Of a stretch of 64,000 nt of DNA, positions 1 to 11,490 are shown in pieces. The stretch is from assembly GCA_048213135.1 (NCBI GenBank), contig PS015419.1, positions 42,198-106,197 on the forward strand. Reading direction: 5' to 3'. The translations under genes and the position numbers were made by a program. The notes beneath the pieces were generated by a model that saw only the letters and a list, made by a program, of their open reading frames with translations, was not told where the DNA came from and ran no database searches. Within the stretch, counting starts at the first letter, position 1. Each line of letters starts with the position of its first letter. This stretch comes from Reclinomonas americana ATCC 50394 (Eukaryota).

Positions 1-184
1 GACGTGAGGTCAACATGAATCCTCAACTTCTCCATTGCACCCCTCTCTCCCTCTCTCCCTCTCTCTCCTCTGTCATTGTGAATGATGCACGGCCCTCTGC
101 AACCTCTCACACGCCCTTTCCTCTCCCCGCGGCCTTGCAACAATGACGTGAGGTCAACATGAATCCTCACTCCTCCAACGCACT
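1..184. repeat. Imperfect tandem duplication, ~144-bp period
   Basis: gacgtgaggtcaacatgaatcctca occurs at 1 and at 145, with similar continuation (ctcc...gcac). Confidence 0.85.
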
Positions 185-188
185 TCTG

Positions 189-1977
189 TCAAACACTTTC
201 TTCTGTTTCACTATTCAACTCCTCCACTGCACCGCTCCTAACAATCACCTGCCGTGAAGTACAACTGCACAACTCTTCACATCTCTCACCCCCATGCATT
301 TCATAACGATCCGTCTGCACCACTCTCCTCATTCTCCTTTCACGCCCTTCCCCTTCTCCCTTTACCCCCCGCCCCCCTTTCCTCACCGGCACCACCTCGT
401 AATGCGTGCAGCTGGCACCCTTCTCCCGCCCCTGCACCACCTTGAAACTGGGTGGGGAGTCGCGATCTTGCACCAAATTCACCCCCGTCATGCTATCCTG
501 CGACGACTTGGAGTCGAAAAAGTGCGAGTCGAAGAACTTCCTGCGCTGCGCATCCACGCCGATGCGTTCGTTGAGGAACTGACAGAACACGTGCCGCGAA
601 ATGTCGGCGTCGAGCGGGAAACCCTTTTTCCAGTCGGGCCCTCCGCCGTCCCACCGGTATGCATCGAGGGCGTCCATTTCCGCCAGCTCGCCAATGCGCC
701 TCACAATGTACTGGCGCCGCTCCACGGCGACCTTGACCTCCTCGCCGGGGTTCGGCATGAGGTACTGCTCGAGTTGTAGGCGAGTCTCCATCATGTTGCG
801 GTCGACGATCTGCCGGTACTGTGCGTACCTCTCTTGCTGCGCATTGACAACAAGACGTCAGCAGACGACTCGCACACAAAAAGAAAGAAACAGAGTCTTA
901 CAAAACCTCCAGCAACTCCTTCCACGTAAACGGCTGACTGACGGACGAGACCACAGACAGTGGTGTGCGATAATCAAAATTAACATCCACGCCCTCCATG
1001 CCGGAGCGTACAATAAACTCGGCCACCGCCTGCAGCACACACCCACTTTCGTGAACAAAACACACCAACGGTGCATGCAGTATGTCTCTTTCCCGGCTTC
1101 ACCACGCACCCTGCGATTAGCCTCCATGTCGCGCCGCAACCTCTTGAACAGGTACGAGAGCCAGCGCCGCATATTGTCGGTCCAGCGCTCCAACTGGTGC
1201 GGACGAATGCCCAAGTCCAGCACCTTTGCGAGCGTACACGAATACAATGTCAGCCGCAACCACCACACACCACTGCCCTCACCACCCAATCACCTTGCGA
1301 ATATTAGTGTTCGACGTGGCCTTGTGGCCGACGGCGGCGCGATACGAGGACGCATCCTCGGACGACGGGCCACCCTCGGTCCAGTGCGCGGCATACGTGG
1401 TGTCGTCGGTCATTGCACTGCGATCGGTGCGACGCTGCACGATCTTGCTCCACGAACCCGTGTCGTACCAGTCCTCGCCGAATGGACTGATGGGCGACCG
1501 CGGCGCACTCAGCGATCCGCCACCGGTGCCGCCCAGACTCGTACGCATCGGCGACGAGATGGGCGATCGCGTGCTCAATCCCGGACTGCCGAAACCGAAT
1601 GCACCCGATCGTGGTGGCGTGCGCGGTGAGCCACCAAAGCTGCCACGCAGAGCGGCGGGCATCGACGGCGACTGGTCCTCGTAGAACAGCTGGCGAAAGT
1701 CGGGACGCGGCTGCGGCGACGCCAAGAACTCGGCGGCCGCCGTTCTCGCGCCACCGCCACCGCCGCCCAAGACTGGCGCACTCGGCGACGCCGCCATTGG
1801 TGTCTCCTTTTCCACCAGCGCGGGGGTGCGGACACGGAGCTCTGCGGGTGAAGAGGAAGGGAGGGAGGAGAGAGAGAGGGTCAGTAAGTTCATTCTCACT
1901 CAACAGCCAGAGTAACAGAGAGCAAGACGAGGAATCGCTGCCCTCACTCACTCGCTCTGTCACTCGTCATGCAATCA

Positions 1978-2054
<77 letters not shown>

Positions 2055-2571
2055 GTACGACGACCGTCCGTCCTTCTTCTTCTCTACTCTCTCTCTCTNN
2101 NNNNNNNNNNNNNNNNNNGTGAGAGAGAGAGAAGGAAGAGGTAGAGAGAGAGAGAGAGGGAGGGAGAGAAAGGAAAGAGGAAGAGAGAGAGAGAGAGAGA
2201 GAGAAGGGAATGGGAGGCAGAGAAGGGAAAGAGGGAGCGAGAGAGTGTGTGTGTGCGTGAGAGAGAGAGAGAGAAAGAAGAATCCAGAATGCAATGCACT
2301 CACCAAGCACAAAGTCAGCATGTGGCATTCCCTCGCGCCACGCATCCATCATCGTTCTACACACAGAGATGAGTGATTTGTGTGTGTGTGACTGCAAGTG
2401 TGCGTGTGTGACTTGAGAGAGAGCGCGCAACTGGAACGACTGTGTCCACGTGCAACACTTCCACAACACTGCGAGACTCAGTGCAAACTTGCCCATCCAT
2501 CGCCCCTGCGCCAACTCAGCGCGCACTCGTCGATGCTCTGCATATTGCTCGACGAGTCGTGGAGCATGCAT
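189..2571 (-). CDS. TMEM209: TMEM209/NET31-like nuclear envelope protein (multi-exon; 3' end uncertain)
   Basis: Hydrophobic N-terminal exons, a Ser/Pro-rich linker, then QLERWTDNMRRWLS and LEQYL...RQYIVRRIGELA...YRWDGGG...DADISRHVFCQFL, which resemble the TMEM209 conserved C-terminal region. GT-AG introns join the exons. Confidence 0.65.
1981..2053. repeat. (GA)n microsatellite, intronic
   Basis: Perfect AG run seen directly. Confidence 0.98.
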
Positions 2572-2703
2572 CCTTCACACTCCCACCCTCACTCAAAAAA
2601 AAAACGAACTTGCATGACAGACAAGCAGGACATCTTCGTTGCCTTCCGTGACCCTTCCGTGGACGGAGAAAGATGTACACTTGCAAACTCAGCGCCCCTG
2701 TGC

Positions 2704-4914
2704 TCACTGGGAGTTCGGCAGCACCACCAGCCGCATAAACCGCTCAATGGACTGGTCGTTGCGCAGTACTTGGGCCTTGATCGAGGCGATCTTCGCCGCC
2801 TGGTCCTTGATCTGCTGCTCCAACTCGTGCAGCTTGGTGGTCAGCGGCAGCAGCGTGTCGCGTGTCTTCACGTTTTGCTCCTCCAGGCGCGACGACTGCT
2901 TGTCCGACTCCTTTCTCCACACGTCGAGCTCGCGGTTCATCGCCTCCATGTCCTCCTGCAGGTACTCCAAGCTCTTGCCTAGTGGATTGGCGGCCGCGCA
3001 CAGCCGCTGAATGGACGAGCGCAGTCCGTCGACCTCCTTTTGCACAGCTCCCTTGTCGATCGACGGCACATTGTGCTTGTTGTCACGTCGGTCGGCAAAT
3101 TTCTACAACACGCAAAGATGAGCCCTTTGCTTTCTCTCTGCACTCTGCGTGTGGGTTGTTTCTTCCTCCAACGCAACTCCATAATTCGAGTCGCTGCCGA
3201 GCTTCGCTTCCTCCTCATTCTCAAACCCGTGTCCCTGGTGCGAGTCCACGACAATCACTCCATCCTCGTCGTCGTGCCCGCCCTTGTCCTCCACAATCAA
3301 GCCCTTGACGGTGGCGGCCGGTGCAGCTGGTGCATCCGCAGCCGACGAGCCCGACGCATTGCGTGCCGAGCGCTCGTTGGTGGCCACGGGCGGTGGTCGA
3401 CGACCGGCGGTCTGCGGACGTGCACCACGCCGTGACGACGCAGGTCGATTCTGGCCGCTGTCGGGTCGTCCCGAGTTGCTGTCGGGTCGTGAGCGGCTGC
3501 CAGGTCGCAAGCCACTGCGCATAGGGGGAAAAGTGAGTGACTTGACGCGTTCTCGTCAACCCATTTCTCTGCATAAGCGTACCTTGTTGAACCGGACCGA
3601 CTGCCCGCCGCANNNNNNNNNNNNNNNNNNNNNNNNNNNNNNNNNNNNNNNNNNNNNNNNNNNNNNNNNNNNNNNNNNNNNNNNNNNNNNNNNNNNNNNN
3701 NNNNNNNNNNNNNNNNNNNNNNNNNNNNNNNNNNNNNNNNNNNNNNNNNNNNNNNNNNNNNNNNNNNNNNNNNNNNNNNNNNNNNNNNNNNNNNNNNNNN
3801 NNNNNNNNNNNNNNNNNNNNNNNNNNNNNNNNNNNNNNNNNNNNNNNNNNNNNNNNNNNNNNNNNNNNNNNNNNNNNNNNNNNNNNNNNNNNNNNNNNNN
3901 NNNNNNNNNNNNNNNNNNNNNNNNNNNNNNNNNNNNNNNNNNNNNNNNNNNNNNNNNNNNNNNNNNNNNNNNNNNNNNNNNNNNNNNNNNNNNNNNNNNN
4001 NNNNNNNNNNNNNNNNNNNNNNNNNNNNNNNNNNNNNNNNNNNNNNNNNNNNNNNNNNNNNNNNNNNNNNNNNNNNNNNNNNNNNNNNNNNNNNNNNNNN
4101 NNNNNNNNNNNNNNNNNNNNNNNNNNNNNNNNNNNNNNNNNNNNNNNNNNNNNNNNNNNNNNNNNNNNNNNNNNNNNNNNNNNNNNNNNNNNNNNNNNNN
4201 NNNNNNNNNNNNNNNNNNNNNNNNNNNNNNNNNNNNNNNNNNNNNNNNNNNNNNNNNNNNNNNNNNNNNNNNNNNNNNNNNNNNNNNNNNNNNNNNNNNN
4301 NNNNNNNNNNNNNNNNNNNNNNNNNNNNNNNNNNNNNNNNNNNNNNNNNNNNNNNNNNNNNNNNNNNNNNNNNNNNNNNNNNNNNNNNNNNNNNNNNNNN
4401 NNNNNNNNNNNNNNNNNNNNNNNNNNNNNNNNNNNNNNNNNNNNNNNNNNNNNNNNNNNNNNNNNNNNNNNNNNNNNNNNNNNNNNNNNNNNNNNNNNNN
4501 NNNNNNNNNNNNNNNNNNNNNNNNNNNNNNNNNNNNNNNNNNNNNNNNNNNNNNNNNNNNNNNNNNNNNNNNNNNNNNNNACCTTCTCCAAAGCCTGTTG
4601 ACTCACGCACTGCAGTGAAGATGTCGTGCAGGAAGCGGAAAGGTGGCTTGCGCAAGTTCTTCTCTCCAAGCTGTGACGCACACACAAAGACAAGTCAGGC
4701 CACACACACACTCTCACACATCTCTTTGTGTGTGAGTGTATGCGTCTCACCTTGGGCTTGGCAAACAGCGGCTGCAACACGTCGACTGTGTGTGTGTGTG
4801 TTGCACTTTCATGTCAACTGCCAATCACATTTGTTGTGTGTCACACACTTACTCTCACTCACCTGTCTCCTGCCAGTTCTCTCCTCCCTCCTCGCCTCCT
4901 TCGTCCTCAGCCAT
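2704..4914 (-). CDS. IFT54: Intraflagellar transport protein 54 (TRAF3IP1/MIP-T3), spans an assembly gap
   Basis: N-terminal [10 protein letters not shown] / [21 protein letters not shown] and C-terminal coiled coil [25 protein letters not shown] are IFT54 signatures. Confidence 0.92.
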
Positions 4915-5307
4915 GATGTGTGTGTTGAGTGTGAGAGAGTGGCGGTCTCGAAAAAGGGTAAAGTGTCGGGTTGAGGGCAACGGAATGAAAGTGTGCGCGG
5001 CATTTTTGGAAATTTTGTAACGGCCAGCTGCCTGAGCGGAAACCCTTCTCCTTACCTCTATCAAAGCTGAGGCAAGTTCTACCTCTATAATCCTAATAGT
5101 CTATTCATTCTTCTCTACGGCAGTGGAATAGCTGCTGCTGGTTGATGATGGAAATTTGAAACAAGCATCATCACTTGGTGTTTGTTTTTTGTTGAATAGT
5201 TTGACATGTAAGCATATGGTAGGAGGAGGAGAAGGGGGAAGGGTGAAGAGAGGGAAAGCAGAGACGAGAGAGGGGGAAAACAAAAAAACAAAAGGCAGTC
5301 AAGTGCG

Positions 5308-8300
5308 TTATCGGTTCGAGGTGCCGAAACGACTGTGGAAATCCTCCGTAATGTCGCCGGCATACACGGCGTCCAGCTGCCGCGTTCTGCAAATGCAAGT
5401 GTGGATGAGAAGCAGGAGGAGGAGAAGAGAAGGAGAACAAGCACTCTGTGGCTTGCGGCGTGAAGAAAAAAGCACTCGGTAGCTTGTGTCGCGAAAAAGA
5501 AGAAGCACTCTGTTGTGACGCGGTATTGTTCTCCTCTTTCTCTTCCTCGTCACTGTTCTCCTTCTTCTGCGTTTTCTCTCATTCTCATTCATTGTGGTCC
5601 AAGCACTGCGTGAAAAAGGAGCACTCTGTAGCTTGTGTCGTGAAAAAGAAGAAGCACTGTCTAGAGTCTACATTGTTCTCCTCTTTTCTTTCTCCTCACT
5701 GTTCTCCTTCTTCTGCGTTTTCTCACTCTCATTCTCCTCCTCCTCTCCTCATCCTTCTCCGCCTCAACCTTCTCCCTCTTTCTCCCTTCACCTCCTTCTC
5801 CTCTTCCTTCTTCTCCTCCTTCTCAGCCTTCGCATCCTTCTCATCCTTCCCCACCTCCTTCCTCTCTTCCTTCTCCTCCCTTCTCCTCCCCCTCCCCCTT
5901 CCCTCCCTTCTCCACTGTCTTCTCCCTTTCCTGCACCACTCACCGCGACTTGTTCTCCGACGCCTGCGCAAGGTGAATGTCACGCAAACGGGCGGCCTCG
6001 GCGGCGCGCTGTCGCTGCACTTCGCGCTCCATGCGCAGAGCCGTCTTGCGCTGTGCCTCCATTTGCGCAGCCCAGGCGGCCTCCTGCGCCTTCTCGCGCT
6101 CGCGACGCAGACGCAACTCCTCCATCTGCGACACCTGCGTTCTTGCAATCTCCTCCTTCTGGTCCGGTCGCAGACCCTTGAAGTGGTCCGGGCGGAAGCT
6201 GTGCACGAATGCAAATCCCAACCCCACCGTCAGCGTCTGTGGTCAAGGGAGACAGGAGGAGTGTCTGCCTACGACTGACCGGTTGGGATCAAACGCATGC
6301 AGCGTGGCCTCCAATGGCTCATTCAGCAAGTCACTGCTCAGGTGATTCTCCACCTCCTCGTAGTCGGCCGCCTGCTGCTGCTGCATCTCCTGACGCTCAC
6401 GCTCCTGTCGCTCGTGCGCCATTGCAAGGTTGTGATCGCGTACTGCCGTGTGCAACTCGCGACGCNNNNNNNNNNNNNNNNNNNNNNNNNNNNNNNNNNN
6501 NNNNNNNNNNNNNNNNNNNNNNNNNNNNNNNNNNNNNNNNNNNNNNNNNNNNNNNNNNNNNNNNNNNNNNNNNNNNNNNNNNNNNNNNNNNNNNNNNNNN
6601 NNNNNNNNNNNNNNNNNNNNNNNNNNNNNNNNNNNNNNNNNNNNNNNNNNNNNNNNNNNNNNNNNNNNNNNNNNNNNNNNNNNNNNNNNNNNNNNNNNNN
6701 NNNNNNNNNNNNNNNNNNNNNNNNNNNNNNNNNNNNNNNNNNNNNNNNNNNNNNNNNNNNNNNNNNNNNNNNNNNNNNNNNNNNNNNNNNNNNNNNNNNN
6801 NNNNNNNNNNNNNNNNNNNNNNNNNNNNNNNNNNNNNNNNNNNNNNNNNNNNNNNNNNNNNNNNNNNNNNNNNNNNNNNNNNNNNNNNNNNNNNNNNNNN
6901 NNNNNNNNNNNNNNNNNNNNNNNNNNNNNNNNNNNNNNNNNNNNNNNNNNNNNNNNNNNNNNNNNNNNNNNNNNNNNNNNNNNNNNNNNNNNNNNNNNNN
7001 NNNNNNNNNNNNNNNNNNNNNNNNNNNNNNNNNNNNNNNNNNNNNNNNNNNNNNNNNNNNNNNNNNNNNNNNNNNNNNNNNNNNNNNNNNNNNNNNNNNN
7101 NNNNNNNNNNNNNNNNNNNNNNNNNNNNNNNNNNNNNNNNNNNNNNNNNNNNNNNNNNNNNNNNNNNNNNNNNNNNNNNNNNNNNNNNNNNNNNNNNNNN
7201 NNNNNNNNNNNNNNNNNNNNNNNNNNNNNNNNNNNNNNNNNNNNNGCCTCGTGCACAGCCTGCTCGGTGCGCGACGCCAAAAAGTTCAGCTCCTCCTGGT
7301 GCTCCTGGAACGCTCTGTGCTCCCCCACAGTGAGAAGGTGTGGCACAAGAGAGAGAGAGGAGGGGTGCATGCACGCAGTACCTCTCCTCCGCCGACTGCT
7401 GTGCCTTGCGTGCGGCCGTCTGCGCCATTTGCTGCGCCACCCACGTCTGCATCTGCTTCTGCTGCATCGCCCTGCGCTCTGCCGCCTCCAAGTCCTCGCC
7501 TGCACACAATCAGCACCAAACGCACCAAAAGAGACGACGATCGAGCACCACCACCACTCACCGTCAAACTTTTGCAGTCCCGACACCGACAAGCGTGGGT
7601 CGTCGTCGCTGGTGCGCCCAGGCAAGTCCTTCTTCAGTGCCTCCGGGTCATTCAGGTCCCACTCTCGTCGCTGCTCTGGTCGCTGGAAGGTCTGGCGGAA
7701 GTCGTCGTCGGCCTTGGCCATNNNNNNNNNNNNNNNNNNNNAGCTCTGTGTGCAGAGAGAAGAAGTGAGAAGGAGAGGGGGGAGAGAGGAGGACGAGGAG
7801 GAGGAGGAGGAGCAGGTGAAGGAAGAGGAGGAGGAGGAGAGGAGGAGGAGAAGTGAGGAGGAGGAGGAGGAGGAGGAGGAGGAGAACAAGGAGGAGAACA
7901 AGAGGAGGAGAACAAGAGGAGGACCTGAAGGAGGAGAAGATGAAGAAGAAGAGGAAGAAGAAGGAGAACAAGAGGAGGAGAAGGAGAGAGGAGAGAGTGC
8001 AATGAGTCACAACAACATGCCTGCGCTCACGGGCGACCACAGTGGCCATGTGCTGCGCCAACTGATCGTGGTACAATCGCTGCTCGTCAATCATGGCGTC
8101 GCGAGCTCGCTCAGCCTCCTCTTGCGCCTTGCGCTCGGCCGCCTGCTGCTCCAACGATGCCGTATCAACCTACTCCACATATGAGTCACGGGCGTTGTGG
8201 CACACTCTCTTCTCACACAGACACACGCACCCCGAGCAATCGCGTGCGCGGATCAAGAATGCGCTCTTTGCGTGCATCATCCGCCTGCTGGCGACGCGAG

Positions 8301-8429
8301 CGAGCCAGTGACTCCTTCTCCTCCTGTGACAACTTGCCTGCTCACACACACACACACTAGTCACACACACGCACTCTCATACACACACACACAGCACACA
8401 AGCAAGCGCAAACCTTCTTGACGGAACAT
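5308..8429 (-). CDS. RIB43A: RIB43A-like axonemal protofilament ribbon protein, multi-exon
   Basis: RKERILDPRTRLLG, RREWDLNDPEALKKDLPGRTSDDDPRLSVSGLQKFDGEDL, RPDHFKG and terminal FGTSNR* match the RIB43A/RIBC family. ATG at 8429 gives MFRQEGKLSQEEK after splicing. Confidence 0.9.
5440..5735. repeat. Nested tandem repeat in the last RIB43A intron
   Basis: agcact...gcttgtgtcg(c/t)gaaaaagaagaag subunits (~30 bp) inside a ~150-bp duplicated block ending ttctgcgttttctc...ctcattc. Confidence 0.8.
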
Positions 8430-8470
8430 CGAAAAAAAAACAACGGGCGTTGGTGGACAGATGCGCCACG

Positions 8471-10917
8471 TCACGCATGTGCAAATTCGTTCATTGTCCT
8501 CCACGTGTTGCGCGCGCGCTTTCTCCCGATTCGAATGCGCGGCAATGGGAAACCCGCATCGTCAGCGCTTCCTGATGAGCTGCTGATGCCGCCGCCTGAT
8601 GACCTGCGCGACCCGGCCTCTGCCTCGCCCAAGCACGCAGAAGGCGGCGAGGTGGCGCCTCCTCCAGCCGNNNNNNNNNNNNNNNNNNNNNNNNNNNNNN
8701 NNNNNNNNNNNNNNNNNNNNNNNNNNNNNNNNNNNNNNNNNNNNNNNNNNNNNNNNNNNNNNNNNNNNNNNNNNNNNNNNNNNNNNNNNNNNNNNNNNNN
8801 NNNNNNNNNNNNNNNNNNNNNNNNNNNNNNNNNNNNNNNNNNNNNNNNNNNNNNNNNNNNNNNNNNNNNNNNNNNNNNNNNNNNNNNNNNNNNNNNNNNN
8901 NNNNNNNNNNNNNNNNNNNNNNNNNNNNNNNNNNNNNNCCACCGCCGCCACCACCACCACCACCAGCGCCGGTGAGGGAGCGAGCCAGCGCAAAGCGGCT
9001 GCGAGCGCCGTTGGTGGGGCTGGCCGAGTGCGAGGAGCCAGTTGGCGATGGGTGGCGGGCACTCAACGGCGAGTGCGGCGCCGGCGAGCGGACGGCCAGC
9101 TCCCCGTGCTTGGTTCGCGGACTCACCGGGAGCTCGCTGGCGACGCTCGATGCACGCGGCACGGTCATGAATCCAGCGTCGCCGCTACTGCCACTGCCAC
9201 CACCACCTAGGGAGCGGGGAGGTGAGAGGAGATCGCAAAGTAGGTGGGGGCAGCTATACATATTCTAGTTACCTCCTCGGCTTCGGCGAATGGCGGCCGC
9301 CAAGGCTGGAGTAATCGGTCGCACCGGTGTTGTGATTTGGGTGGCGGCGGCCGGCTGTGCGCCGGGAGTGGCGCGACGGAACATGCTGCGGAAGCCGCTG
9401 GCTGGGGACATGGGGGGCGCGGTGCCGCTGATTGAGTGGTCACTGCCGCTCGACATGGACGCCGTCCCGCTGCTGTGGCGATGCGAGGATGGAGCGGAGG
9501 GGGTGGTGGTGGTGGCGGCGGCGGCGGCGGCAGATGCGCGGAGGCGGTCGTATGACGAGCGCAGGTCGTCGAGCTCACTGGGGAAAGACGAGAGGGTTAA
9601 GGAGAGAGGGATAGCAAGTGTGCCTGCTGGTTCTTGCTCTTTGTCTCTTTGTTCTCTTTCTTTTTCTTTTCTCACAGGTGAGGGACAGGTAAGCACGTGC
9701 ACGATTGCTGGTTCTTGTTCTTCTTCTCAGCGATTTTCGATGTTTTTTCTACTCCTCTGCGATTCACTCCTGTTTGCTAATCGTAAAAAGGGACAGGTAA
9801 CTGCAGTTCTCTCCTGTTTTCATCTCTGCGACTTTGCTTCTCTCCTCTCTCGTCTCTTCTCTTCTCTTCGAATGGACAGGCAAGTCCTGGCTGTTCATGC
9901 ACTTGCCGGCTATCCGACTGTCGTTTCCACTCTGTGTTTCTGCCTCCTCTCCTCTCGTGTGCTTTAGCACACTCTGGCTGCCCGACTCGGAAAATCTGTT
10001 TCTCTGCTCTTCGCCAAGTCGTGCTCATTGTGGCTTCGTTTTCGACTCAAGTAACTCTCATTCTTCTTCCTATCTGCCCTTTCTATGAGAGTGAGAACCG
10101 AGCCTGGCGTCATACCGACACAGTCGCTGGTCCTGTTGTCAACTCGGCGACATTCCTTCCCCTTACGCTATCACATCTTCTCGTCTCTCCTCTCCATCTC
10201 TCTTCTCTGCGCTCTGCTCTGGTACTGGTTCTTTTTGTTCGTCTCGACGACCTCCCTTCTCTCTTCTCCATCCCCCTCCCTTCCCCTTCGTCATCTCTTC
10301 AGGCACATACCGGCGCAGTCGCTGGTTTTCCTTTTTCGACTCGGCCACTTCGTGCTGCAGGGCGACACACTGCGTGCGCTCGCGGTCCGCCACGCGCGAC
10401 AGCACTTGCAAGGAGAGACGATCGTTGCCCATTTGGAACTGTGCTGTGAGTCAGTGCGCTGTGGACAAGTGCGGTCGACGAGGCGTGGAATGTACCCGCA
10501 AAACGGGAACAATACGCTCCAGTGTCTCCAGCGGATCGCCAAAGAGCTCACGTAGGCTCTCCTGCGCCGCATCCTGGAGGAGAGGGAGAAGAAGAAGGGT
10601 GAGGATTGCACGAGCGTCTGAGAGAGGGAGAGAGGTTGCATGAAAAGACCGATGACAGAATGACAGTGTCACAGTCGGTGCGACAGGCCGCACAGGAGCG
10701 AGTGAGTGATGCATCACGGCGCAGGCACTGGTCGCACACAAAGTGGCCACAGCTAGTCACTGCAGAGGAGGCGCTGGCTATATCGCGACCGCATGCGCCG
10801 CTGTGAGCGCAATTGAAGTCAGTGGTGGTGGAATACTGGTCGACGGAAAATACGGAGCAGTGTAGTGTGTGGCGCGAACCACTTGGGCACAAAGGCAGCG
10901 ACTTCGGCGAATTGCAT
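8471..10917 (-). CDS. RNF212/Zip3-like RING finger protein with coiled coil and disordered Ser/Pro-rich tail
   Basis: N-terminal C..C...TSCGHFVCDQC...CAACRTDCDTVIL followed by LRELFGDPLETLERIVPVLR/FQ, a coiled coil and a low-complexity tail, matching RNF212/ZHP-3 architecture. Start codon and the frame after the gap are inferred. Confidence 0.6.
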
Positions 10918-11490
10918 GGTGTGGGGGGAGGTGGTGAAGGTGGTGAGGATAGGGCGCCTTGGGGGACGGAGACGGTGGTCGGAGGGCGAGTTGTCTGCGC
11001 TCCTGCGCGACCGGGAAGCGAAAATGAAATTCGTGCAGGACGCACTCTTTCATACTTTGCCTATATGACAGGAGACGGGACTTGATGACACTTCCCCCTA
11101 CAAATGATAAACGTGAACTCAGCTTCCCATGTATCCGAAGTATGTTGTGGCACCGAATTGCAAACTTTGTAGTCAATTTTGCAGTATTCCGTCTCATTTG
11201 AGCTTCTAGGCTGGTCACTTTCCTGGTTCTGGGAGCTCGTCTTCGCCGATCTACGGCCTTGGCCCTGTTTCCCGTTGCAGCCGCGCAGCTCATGCTGCAA
11301 CAAACCGAAGTCTTGATCGCGAACGACGTCGCATTCATCCGCAGCCGCCTTTCCAACTTTGATTACTCTCGGAACATTAGAGGCAAAGTACTCGTCTCCA
11401 GCTGACTAACCTGCTGCTGAGGCAGCTCGATCATGCGCAGTTGTCTCCATGAACTTCACGGTCAATCCGAACAACCGAACCAACAATCAA

